Below are positions 1 through 8,383 of a stretch of DNA of 39,650 bases, one piece after another. Both the position numbers and the translations under genes were made by a program. Below the pieces are notes generated by a model. It did not search any database, had not been told where the DNA came from, and saw only the letters and a list, made by a program, of their open reading frames with translations. The stretch is taken from assembly GCA_050293225.1 (NCBI GenBank), contig JBNKMQ010000252.1:1-39650 (forward strand), written 5' to 3'. The first letter of the stretch is position 1. Each line of letters opens with the position of its first letter. The DNA comes from Sedimenticolaceae bacterium. Its GTDB lineage: Bacteria > Pseudomonadota > Gammaproteobacteria > Chromatiales > Chromatiaceae.

Positions 1-1385
1 AATTGATCGGGCGTCAAACTCGTAGTGAAATCCGCAAGATCAGGGTTTCCATCAGGTCCGGGCGTGCCCGCTGCGTTATCGATGAAATCTCCAGCTGGTG
101 AAAGTTGTTCAGTCAATCTCTCCCCGGTTACTGCATCATGCCAGCTCAAGCTGACATCAGGATTGGCGCTGTAATGATAGAAGTAGTTGACCGAGTAATT
201 CAGACCATTATCCAAAGACTGCTTCCAGCGAAATCCGGCATTGACATCACTATCATCCGGATAATCACGCACGTATTCAGACGTGGCCCCAGTGAACATA
301 CCCATAGTCGAATCAAAGTTCGCAAAGGTATTGAATGTGGCGAAAGACGCCATTGACATATATTCAAAAGCTGATGTCGGCGCTTCCGGGCTGTAGCTAG
401 TATCCATTGGATTCGAGCTATACACAGGCATTAAGTTGGTCACAAAAGCGTTCGCGTTAGGATCATCACCCAAAGTCGAACCTGAGCAGGAAAAGTTGAG
501 TCCGCATTGAGCAAGGAAACCCAGGTCTCCCGCACCCGTCGGATTACCAAGCGGCAGCATCGACGGTCCACTTGCAAACCCATCAACTGTCAAGCCAGAA
601 AATGGAACAAGCCCGAGAGGGCTAGCCAGAGGATTGGGAACACCTCCAGGTAATACCGCCGCCTGTGTAGCATTGGTAAAGCTACCTGCTACATTTGCCA
701 GGGCGGGGGCGACATGAAGAAAACCATTCACTTGACCAGTGATCGTATCAACGCCTTTCATTAAGAAGGGGTGTCCTGCAGCCCCATCTTTATCGAGACC
801 TGGAATCTTGTTCTCTTCTACCTGAGAGACAATAAACTGCACATTTCCACTATCCCCAACATTGGTTTCCGCATTGATCATCCAGATGGGAATGCGAGAC
901 TCTGCCATTGTATTCTGATTCAACTCACGAAAGTCAGTTGGATTGATGATGTCCAACAGCTTGATACCATCCGCAGTACCCCAGACAACCTGCTGCTTAC
1001 CCAGACGCAGGTCCCAATCCCACAGCGTGGTATCGACATAGAGTTCCCTCAGGTAGTCGTGCTGGGTATAGAGCTTATGCCCTTTGTAGTCATCATTTAC
1101 GCCTTCTGAATCATAGATAAAATTCAGATCTCCATGCCAAGTGGCATTTTCACCAAGGTCCCCATTGAGGAATACCCGTGCGGAGTTTTCAAATTTCATC
1201 AGATCCGCTCTCTCGTGCTGATCCTGGTCAACCATGGTGTCGGCTTCGCCTGTCACCTGACCATCACGGGTAAAGATAGATGTCTCGTTTTTCAGATATC
1301 CGGTTATCTCTACCTCAGCCACAGCCATTCCGGGCAATACCAATGCGAGCATTACCGACTGATAAATCTTGCTGCGTTTGAACAT
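1..1385 (-). CDS. DUF1302-like secreted/outer-membrane beta-barrel protein, 3' end outside the window
   Basis: Not in the ORF track because its stop lies outside the window. Hand translation from ATG 1385 (SD GGGAGGA upstream) gives MFKRSKIYQSVMLALVLPGMAVAEVEITGYLKNET...YLRELYVD...LRLGKQQVVWGTADGIKLLDIINPTDFRE...NYSVNYFYHYSANP. The same frame is still open at position 1. It has a signal peptide and the RxGKQQVVWG motif typical of DUF1302-type barrels. Confidence 0.8.
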   Translation of the reverse strand, partial: MFKRSKIYQSVMLALVLPGMAVAEVEITGYLKNETSIFTRDGQVTGEADTMVDQDQHERADLMKFENSARVFLNGDLGENATWHGDLNFIYDSEGVNDDYKGHKLYTQHDYLRELYVDTTLWDWDLRLGKQQVVWGTADGIKLLDIINPTDFRELNQNTMAESRIPIWMINAETNVGDSGNVQFIVSQVEENKIPGLDKDGAAGHPFLMKGVDTITGQVNGFLHVAPALANVAGSFTNATQAAVLPGGVPNPLASPLGLVPFSGLTVDGFASGPSMLPLGNPTGAGDLGFLAQCGLNFSCSGSTLGDDPNANAFVTNLMPVYSSNPMDTSYSPEAPTSAFEYMSMASFATFNTFANFDSTMGMFTGATSEYVRDYPDDSDVNAGFRWKQSLDNGLNYSVNYFYHYSANPDVSLSWHDAVTGERLTEQLSPAGDFIDNAAGTPGPDGNPDLADFTTSLTPDQ

Positions 1386-1477
1386 CAATGATTCCTCCCA
1401 GAGTCTACGAATTACCGGATTGCAAATTTTTTATAGCCGGATTTCGAAGTGATGCAGGCTGCCGCTGTAAGACAGCC

Positions 1478-1511
1478 AAAAAATTGGGGATGCCTGTTTA
1501 ATGGCATCCCC
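1478..1511 (-). terminator. Intrinsic terminator after the LolA-like gene
   Basis: 9-bp stem GGGGATGCC (1486-1494) / GGCATCCCC (1503-1511), followed on the minus strand by AATTTTTT. Confidence 0.7.
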
Positions 1512-1519
1512 GATCATTA

Positions 1520-2497
1520 CTAACGTTTAATTTTTCTCAGGGTCTTTTCCGACCAGAAGTCATCTTCCCAGTCCTGGTTGATCTGTACCACATCCTGTGG
1601 AATCACAGCCCAGGTCTCATGTCCGGTGGCCAGGGTCTTACCGTACCAGTAACCCCATGAGAGAGCTCTGGGATCATCCAGCCCCAGACTGACCCAGTTA
1701 CGATCGATCACCTTTACCTGCTCACCGCCTTTGAAATATTCACTACGGTAGTCAGCAAAGGTCTTGGTATCGATATAGCTGATCCGATAGTCGTACCACC
1801 AATTATCCCGCTTGGTGGTGCTCTTCAGCTTATAGACCTCTTTACCCTTGTGATCACAGGCGGCATCCGGCGGATTGGGCAGGTAGCGGTTCTTTGCCTC
1901 TGTCTTGTCGATGGCGCCCAGGCATTCATTAAAGGTCTCGGTAGCCAACAGCTCATGGGTCTCATGCTGCGGCTTACGTAGCACCACATCACCGAAGGTG
2001 AAATCGGTACCGCCCCAAGCGTCGTCATGGGCAGGTTCTGCGAAGCGACGAATCTTACGCAGCGCCGGTAACCAGATGGAGTAGGACTGGCTCTTGTTGT
2101 CATCCACATAATCGGTGATCAGCATGCCGGTGCCCTTTAACTTCCCTGAACGGAAGATGGCGATATCCTGCGAGCTGATAGTGCCGTCGCTATACTCGTT
2201 ATTCAGATAGCGTTCCAAGGTAATGGTGGTCGGCTTGCTGTCGGCAGATTTATTCACCAACACCGTGATCTTGCCCGGCTTGGCCTTACGGCTCTTCTTG
2301 GGATCTTTGTTATCGTTGGTGATACCGTATTTTTTCACCGCATAGAAATGGTTGACGAAATAGACCTGATCGGCAATCTCATCCGCTGTAGGGGTACCGC
2401 TGGGAAGCGGCAGATCCTTGGAAACACCCGCGACCGCTAGGCCGGAAAAGAAAAAACCAACAGCCGCAGCTGCGGACACAAGCTTATGCACCTGCAT
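1520..2497 (-). CDS. Periplasmic LolA-like 'outer membrane lipoprotein-sorting' protein (DUF1329-related)
   Basis: Start moved to ATG 2497 (SD GAGGAGG). Signal peptide present. Motifs IWLPALRKIRR and WGGTDFTFGD fit this family, and it neighbours a DUF1302-like gene. Confidence 0.75.
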   Translation of the reverse strand: MQVHKLVSAAAAVGFFFSGLAVAGVSKDLPLPSGTPTADEIADQVYFVNHFYAVKKYGITNDNKDPKKSRKAKPGKITVLVNKSADSKPTTITLERYLNNEYSDGTISSQDIAIFRSGKLKGTGMLITDYVDDNKSQSYSIWLPALRKIRRFAEPAHDDAWGGTDFTFGDVVLRKPQHETHELLATETFNECLGAIDKTEAKNRYLPNPPDAACDHKGKEVYKLKSTTKRDNWWYDYRISYIDTKTFADYRSEYFKGGEQVKVIDRNWVSLGLDDPRALSWGYWYGKTLATGHETWAVIPQDVVQINQDWEDDFWSEKTLRKIKR

Positions 2498-2757
2498 TTT
2501 GTCCTCCTCAATGGGACGGTCCATAACTTCTTAAGTGGCCGTCCGTATATTATTGAATTATACTTTTCTAATGAACAACTTAGAGAAAGCGATCCTATTA
2601 AACCAGAGTGGTGGATAGTTTAGCAATCGGGGTAAACCTTAAGTGATCGTCGCCTTTTCTTAATTTTCTCCCTCGATTACTAGATCCAGACTAGCTGTAT
2701 TGGATTAAATAACACTTAAGGGCCCCTGCATAACCCAGTGAACCGCGTCTTTAACCA

Positions 2758-2773
2758 AGGCACAAAAAGTGCG
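2758..2773 (+). promoter_or_regulatory. Possible sigma54-type -24/-12 element upstream of hemA
   Basis: AGGCACAAAAAGTGCG has GG-N10-GC spacing but is an imperfect match to TGGCAC-N5-TTGC. Confidence 0.25.
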
Positions 2774-2841
2774 AATAAACTTGAATTCAACCCTTTGATA
2801 TAACAAAATTTCCCTCTTGCTTCGGATATACTCACTAATTC

Positions 2842-4110
2842 ATGTCAATTCTCGCCCTAGGTCTCAATCACAAAACCGCCCCCGTAGAGATACGGGAGAG
2901 GCTGACCTTTGGGCCGGATATCATCGCTGGAGCCTTGCGCAGCCTGAAGAATCACCCTGCGGTAGAGGAGGCGGTAATCCTCTCCACCTGTAACCGGACC
3001 GAGGCCTACTGCTGCCTCAGCCAGGAGGATCACGAACCCCTGGCCGACTGGCTGAGTGAATTCCACGGCCTCGAGAGCGACCGGGTCAACCCTTACCTGT
3101 ATAGCCATTTCGGTGACGACGCCATCAAACATCTGCTGCGGGTCTCCTGTGGGCTCGACTCCCTGGTACTGGGTGAGCCGCAGATTCTGGGGCAGGTCAA
3201 AGCGGCCTTCCAGACCGCCACCGACGTTGGCGCTACCGGCAAGCTGCTGAGCAAACTGTTCCAGCACGCCTTCTCCGCCGCCAAACAGATCCGCACCGAC
3301 ACCGCCATCGGTAACAGCCCGGTATCGGTGGCCTTCGCCGCTGTCAGCCTGGCCAAACAGATATTCAGTGAGCTATCAGAGCAGACCGCCCTGCTGATCG
3401 GCGCCGGTGAGACCATTGAGCTGGCGGCCCGTCACCTGAGCCAAAACGGTATCGGCCGCATCATCGTCGCCAACCGTACCGTAGAGAAGGCCCACGCCCT
3501 GGCGGCTCAACTGGATGGATACGCCATCGCCCTGACGGAATTAAGCAGCCATCTGGCTGAGGCCGATATCGTTATCTCCTCCACTGCCAGCCCATTACCG
3601 GTGTTAGGCAAGGGGACGGTGGAGAGCGCCCTGAAAGAGCGCAAACACCGCCCGATCTTTATGGTCGACATTGCCGTACCCAGAGACATCGAACCCGAGG
3701 TCTCCGACCTGAGTGACATCTACCTCTATACCGTCGATGACCTTGATGAAGTCATTCAGGAGAATATGCGCTCCCGCGAAGAGGCCGCAAAACAGGCGGA
3801 AGAGATCATCGAACATTATGTCGGTGAATATCTCGGCTGGCTCAGATCCCTCGATGCGGTAGAGCTGATTCAGGACTACCGCGCCTACGCAGAAAGCCTG
3901 CGCGACGAGGTGATCCAGAAGGCCCTGCAGCAGCTCAACAAAGGCAAATCACCGGAAGATGTGCTCCAGTTCATGGGCCACACACTCACCAACAAACTGT
4001 TACACAATCCCAGCGCCCAGCTGCGCCAAGCTGGCTTTAACGGCCAACTGGAACTGCTCGATGCCGCTAACACACTATTTCAGCTAAAGAAAACTGATAA
4101 CAATCCATGA
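2842..4110 (+). CDS. hemA: Glutamyl-tRNA reductase
   Basis: STCNRTE catalytic motif, [12 protein letters not shown] nucleotide-binding loop, DIAVPRD; directly upstream of prfA. Confidence 0.98.
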   Translation: MSILALGLNHKTAPVEIRERLTFGPDIIAGALRSLKNHPAVEEAVILSTCNRTEAYCCLSQEDHEPLADWLSEFHGLESDRVNPYLYSHFGDDAIKHLLRVSCGLDSLVLGEPQILGQVKAAFQTATDVGATGKLLSKLFQHAFSAAKQIRTDTAIGNSPVSVAFAAVSLAKQIFSELSEQTALLIGAGETIELAARHLSQNGIGRIIVANRTVEKAHALAAQLDGYAIALTELSSHLAEADIVISSTASPLPVLGKGTVESALKERKHRPIFMVDIAVPRDIEPEVSDLSDIYLYTVDDLDEVIQENMRSREEAAKQAEEIIEHYVGEYLGWLRSLDAVELIQDYRAYAESLRDEVIQKALQQLNKGKSPEDVLQFMGHTLTNKLLHNPSAQLRQAGFNGQLELLDAANTLFQLKKTDNNP

Positions 4111-5189
4111 AGCCATCACTCCGCGGCAAGCTGGACCAGATAGCCGAACGCTTCGAAGAGATTACCGCCCTCCTCGCCGATCCTGAAGTCCAGAACGATC
4201 AACGCCAATTCAGATCCCTGGGGCAGGAGTATGCCCAGCTGGAGCCGGTGGTGGAGACCTTCCGCCGCTACACCGAAGCCGAGTCCGATATCGAGGCCGC
4301 CCGAGAGATGATGGACGACCCAGAGATGGCCCCCCTGGCAAAAGAGGAGTTGGCAGCAGCGGAGGAGACCCGGGATGAACTGGAGCCCGAGCTGCAACTA
4401 CTGCTGATCCCACCGGATCCCAACGACCAGCGCAATATCTTTCTCGAGGTCCGGGCCGGCACCGGCGGCGCCGAGGCGGCGCTGTTCGCCAGCGATCTCC
4501 ATCGCATGTACCTGCGCTATGCGGAGCAGCATAAATGGCAGACCGAGACCATCAGCGAGAGCCCCGGCGAGCACGGCGGCTACAAAGAGGTAGTCTGCCG
4601 CATCACCGGTAATGCCGTTTACTCCCGCCTCAAATTCGAATCGGGCACCCATCGAGTGCAGCGGGTGCCGGAGACCGAATCCCAGGGACGCATCCACACC
4701 TCCGCCTGCACCGTGGCCATCCTGCCCGAGGCGGAAGAGGTGGACGACGTGGAGATCAACAGTAACGACCTGCGCATCGATACCTATCGCGCCTCCGGCG
4801 CCGGCGGACAGCACGTCAACAAGACCGACTCCGCAGTGCGCATTACCCATCTACCCAGCGGCATCGTGGTGGAGTGCCAGGACGAACGCTCCCAGCACAA
4901 GAACAAGGCCCGTGCCATGTCCCTGCTGCAGGCCAAGCTGCTCTCCCAGGCCCAGGAGGAGATCGTCAACGCCCAGGCTAGTTCACGCAAGCTGCAGGTC
5001 GGCAGCGGTGACCGCTCGGAACGGATTCGTACCTACAACTTCCCGCAGAACCGGATCACCGACCACCGCATCAACCTGACCCTCTATAAATTAGACGAGG
5101 TGATGAGCGGCGTACTCGATCAAGTCATCGAGCCCCTGCTGCGGGAACACCAGGTAGAGCAACTGGCCGCTATGGGCGAGAGTGAGTAG
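4107..5189 (+). CDS. prfA: Peptide chain release factor 1
   Basis: GGQ motif, PxT (PET) specificity motif, RTYNFPQ; ATGA overlap with hemA. Confidence 0.98.
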   Translation: MKPSLRGKLDQIAERFEEITALLADPEVQNDQRQFRSLGQEYAQLEPVVETFRRYTEAESDIEAAREMMDDPEMAPLAKEELAAAEETRDELEPELQLLLIPPDPNDQRNIFLEVRAGTGGAEAALFASDLHRMYLRYAEQHKWQTETISESPGEHGGYKEVVCRITGNAVYSRLKFESGTHRVQRVPETESQGRIHTSACTVAILPEAEEVDDVEINSNDLRIDTYRASGAGGQHVNKTDSAVRITHLPSGIVVECQDERSQHKNKARAMSLLQAKLLSQAQEEIVNAQASSRKLQVGSGDRSERIRTYNFPQNRITDHRINLTLYKLDEVMSGVLDQVIEPLLREHQVEQLAAMGESE

Positions 5190-5203
5190 TCACTCACCAG
5201 ATT

Positions 5204-6067
5204 ATGCCCTCAGATAGTGTCAGCCTGCGTCGGGCTCAGCAGTCAGCCGTAGAAAAGTTGTCGCTGATTGAGCATGCCTCGGCTGAACTGGAAGCCGCAC
5301 TACTGCTCTGTCACCTGCTGAATAAACCTCGCAGCTACCTCTACGCCTGGCCGGAAAAGCCCCTCGAGCCAGAACAACTGAGCGGTTACGAGGCTTTGAT
5401 CAGGAGGCGGCTTGCCGGCGAACCCATCGCCCATATCACCGGCCAGCGGGAGTTCTGGTCCCTCAACCTGAAGGTAACAGGCGACACCCTCATTCCCCGG
5501 CCTGAAACCGAGCTACTGGTGGAACGCTCGCTTCACCACATCGAGAACACCCCAATCCCCCTCATCGCCGACCTGGGCACCGGTAGCGGCGCCGTCGCCC
5601 TGGCCTTGGCCAGTGAGAGACCCGACGCAGAGATCCACGCCTGTGATCTGTCTGAGAGCGCCCTGGCAGTCGCTCAGGAGAATGCCCAACACTTGGCGCT
5701 GAACAATATCCGATTCCACTCTGGCAACTGGTTTCAAGCCCTGCCTGCAGAGACAAAATATGACCTGATCGTCTCAAATCCTCCCTACATCGAGGCAGGC
5801 GACCCCCACTTGAGCAAAGGGGATCTGCCAAGAGAACCCCGCTCCGCTCTGGTCTCAGGGGAAGACGGCCTAATGGATATTCGAGGAATCATTGAACAGG
5901 CCCCCAGCCACCTCAAACCTGGCGGCTGGTTGTTGTTCGAGCATGGCTACCAGCAGGCAGAAGCCGTCGCCAACCTCCTGCAATCCAAAGGTTTTGTTGA
6001 AACCCAAAACCACAAAGACCTGGCCGGCCACCCCAGAGTCACCGAAGGCAGATACCCCCTGGCCTGA
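5204..6067 (+). CDS. prmC: Release factor glutamine methyltransferase
   Basis: LIPRPETE, DLGTGSG and NPPY motifs; follows prfA. Confidence 0.97.
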   Translation: MPSDSVSLRRAQQSAVEKLSLIEHASAELEAALLLCHLLNKPRSYLYAWPEKPLEPEQLSGYEALIRRRLAGEPIAHITGQREFWSLNLKVTGDTLIPRPETELLVERSLHHIENTPIPLIADLGTGSGAVALALASERPDAEIHACDLSESALAVAQENAQHLALNNIRFHSGNWFQALPAETKYDLIVSNPPYIEAGDPHLSKGDLPREPRSALVSGEDGLMDIRGIIEQAPSHLKPGGWLLFEHGYQQAEAVANLLQSKGFVETQNHKDLAGHPRVTEGRYPLA

Positions 6068-6127
6068 GACCTGGAATATCGTACAGAACGCTTGATTATT
6101 TCCTTACTTTCTCTAGGATTGGGCTAT

Positions 6128-6538
6128 ATGGGCGATACGCCACACGACTTGGTGAAACACCGGGAGATTCACTTCGTCGCCTACCACCCGGATAAAAATC
6201 AGGCCGAGACCGCCTCTCTCCTGCTTGCCGATATTGATGGCGTGCTCTCCACCAAGACAGTCTCACCCACCCATCTGCAGATCAGCTACGAGCTGATGTC
6301 AGTCAGTCTCGAACAGATCGAGCAGGGTCTCTCGACCATGGGATTGCATCTGGATAACCGCCTGCTCTTCCGCCTGAAGCGGGCACTCTACTACTACACC
6401 GAAGATACCGAGCGGGCCAACCTCGGCTGCACTCGCAGCGACAGCAAATGCACCCGCCAGATCTTCGCCGACCGCTACCAGAGACTCGACCACGGCCTGC
6501 GTGACAATCGCCCCGAGCACTGGCGTAAGTACCTCTAA
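6128..6538 (+). CDS. Hypothetical protein with a possible HMA/ferredoxin-like fold lacking CxxC
   Basis: Likely start is ATG 6128. The pattern LADIDGV...LQISYEL...LEQIEQGL...GL resembles HMA-like domains. C-terminus RDNRPEHWRKYL. Fills the prmC-moeB gap on the same strand. Confidence 0.7.
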   Translation: MGDTPHDLVKHREIHFVAYHPDKNQAETASLLLADIDGVLSTKTVSPTHLQISYELMSVSLEQIEQGLSTMGLHLDNRLLFRLKRALYYYTEDTERANLGCTRSDSKCTRQIFADRYQRLDHGLRDNRPEHWRKYL

Positions 6539-6553
6539 CTCAGGCCAGCACCA

Positions 6554-7303
6554 ATGGATGACGAACAACTGCTGCGTTATAGCCGCCAAATCATGCTGCC
6601 CTCCATCGGCATCGAAGGGCAGGAGAAACTGGCCACTTCCCGCGTCCTGATAATCGGTCTTGGCGGACTGGGTTCGCCGGTATCCATCTATCTCGCCGCC
6701 GCAGGGGTCGGCACCCTGGTACTGGTCGATTTCGACCAGGTCGATCTGACCAACCTGCAACGCCAGATCGTGCACACCACCGAATCCATCGGTCAATCCA
6801 AGGTGGAATCCGCCAAAGAGCGGCTGTTGGCTCTCAACCCGGAGACCGAGGTCATCACCATCGACCAGGCACTGGAGGGGGAAGCGCTGGCAGAGCAGGT
6901 GGCACTCGCCGATGTGGTCATTGAAGGCAGTGACAACTTTGCTACCCGCTTTGCCGTCAACTCTGCCTGCCGATCTGCTCGCACTCCCCTGGTCTCAGGT
7001 GCAGCGATCCGCATGGAGGGACAGGTCAGCGTCTTCACCGGTCAGCCGGGAGACCCCTGCTACCACTGCCTCTACCCCAGTGACGGCCAGATCGATGAGA
7101 CCTGTTCCGCCAACGGCGTGCTGGCACCCCTTGTTGGGGTAATCGGCAGCATCCAGGCGATTGAGGCGATCAAGGTACTGACCGGCGCAGGAAAACCCCT
7201 GGTCGGCAAGCTGATGCTGTTTGACGCCTTGCAGATGGAGTGGCGCACCGTGAGACTGAAACCCGATCCGGCCTGCCCAGTCTGCGGACAGGATCAGGTG
7301 TGA
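6554..7303 (+). CDS. moeB: Molybdopterin-synthase adenylyltransferase (MoeB/ThiF family)
   Basis: RYSRQI, GLGGLG, NLQRQ, CYHC...CPVC zinc motifs; usual position after prmC. Confidence 0.88.
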   Translation: MDDEQLLRYSRQIMLPSIGIEGQEKLATSRVLIIGLGGLGSPVSIYLAAAGVGTLVLVDFDQVDLTNLQRQIVHTTESIGQSKVESAKERLLALNPETEVITIDQALEGEALAEQVALADVVIEGSDNFATRFAVNSACRSARTPLVSGAAIRMEGQVSVFTGQPGDPCYHCLYPSDGQIDETCSANGVLAPLVGVIGSIQAIEAIKVLTGAGKPLVGKLMLFDALQMEWRTVRLKPDPACPVCGQDQV

Positions 7304-7392
7304 GCCTCTCTCTATGCAAAGGGAATGATCACATCTGTCTGCATCACTCCTCATAAAACAATAAAGATAATTTGAACATTTCTTCAAACCGC

Positions 7393-7992
7393 ATGAAGGG
7401 ACTGAAACTAAATAGTTACTACTGCCCGCTAGCGATTGCTCTGATCTGCCTGATCCTCGCGCTGTTGCCGGAGACCATCCAAGATGACCTGCAGTATCAA
7501 CAAACCCTGACCAAGAGCGGAGAGTGGTGGAGACTTTTCAGCGCTCATTTTGTCCATCTCGGCTGGGCTCACCTGACGATGAACCTGGCTGGATTGGCCG
7601 TGATCTGGCACCTCTTCGTCGCACCCGGGAGAGCTCCGGCCCTATGCGCATTTCACATACCACTACTCGCTTTGGGAACTGCTCTCGGTCTGCTCTGGTT
7701 CAACCCGGAGGTAGCTTGGTACAGAGGTCTATCAGGTGTACTTCACGGCTTGATCGTTGTCTCCCTATTGCAGCAGATAAGAAATCAACCAGGCTTTTCC
7801 AGCCTGATGCTCTTATTGATAGCGGCAAAAATCGCCTGGGAGCAGTTCACCGGCCCAACGCCGGGCAGCGAAGCCTGGATCTCAGGCCGGGTGATTGTCG
7901 ACGCCCATCTTTACGGCGGGATCAGTGGCGTCATATTATGGACAGCAGAACTCGGCTACAAACGACTATTCCATCACGAGGTTACTGAGTGA
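7393..7992 (+). CDS. rrtA: Rhombosortase (rhomboid-family intramembrane serine protease)
   Basis: WWRL, HxxWxHLxMN, catalytic GLSGVLHG and AHLYG motifs; multiple TM segments; a GlyGly-CTERM protein is encoded nearby. Likely start is ATG 7393. Confidence 0.85.
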   Translation: MKGLKLNSYYCPLAIALICLILALLPETIQDDLQYQQTLTKSGEWWRLFSAHFVHLGWAHLTMNLAGLAVIWHLFVAPGRAPALCAFHIPLLALGTALGLLWFNPEVAWYRGLSGVLHGLIVVSLLQQIRNQPGFSSLMLLLIAAKIAWEQFTGPTPGSEAWISGRVIVDAHLYGGISGVILWTAELGYKRLFHHEVTE

Positions 7993-8372
7993 CTAAAATA
8001 ATTACACAACTGCTCCTGCTACTCATATTGACCGCTTGCCAACTCGAAGAGCCCATCGACATGACTCAACTCTCTGCTGAAGAGAAAACCGCCGTCGAAG
8101 CCCTACTCTGGCTGAGAAAAGCTGACGCCACGCAAGACGCAAAAAAGAACCTGGATCGCGGCGACAAACGACTTTTGGCAATGGCCTCACGAGGCGCAAA
8201 TATCCCAGGCGTGGCCGCAACATTGATTTCGAAAGCAAAGAGTGTGTGTGGCGTCCGTTATCTATCCGGTTCCACCGATACGGTAATGGGAGAGACTCAC
8301 CTGAAATTGCTTCAGGCTGCTGAAAATTATGCCGCCGACTACAACAAGATTGTGATTGAGCAATGCCTCTAA
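7989..8372 (+). CDS. Small hypothetical lipoprotein
   Basis: Hydrophobic N-terminus with lipobox LTAC; GTGA overlap with the rhombosortase stop; two further Cys residues. Confidence 0.75.
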   Translation: MTKIITQLLLLLILTACQLEEPIDMTQLSAEEKTAVEALLWLRKADATQDAKKNLDRGDKRLLAMASRGANIPGVAATLISKAKSVCGVRYLSGSTDTVMGETHLKLLQAAENYAADYNKIVIEQCL

Positions 8373-8383
8373 AGACACCCTCT

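Noticed and set aside
105-1391. Three plus-strand ORFs (105-356, 771-1109, 1134-1391)
   Set aside because: They are antisense shadows of the minus-strand DUF1302-like gene.
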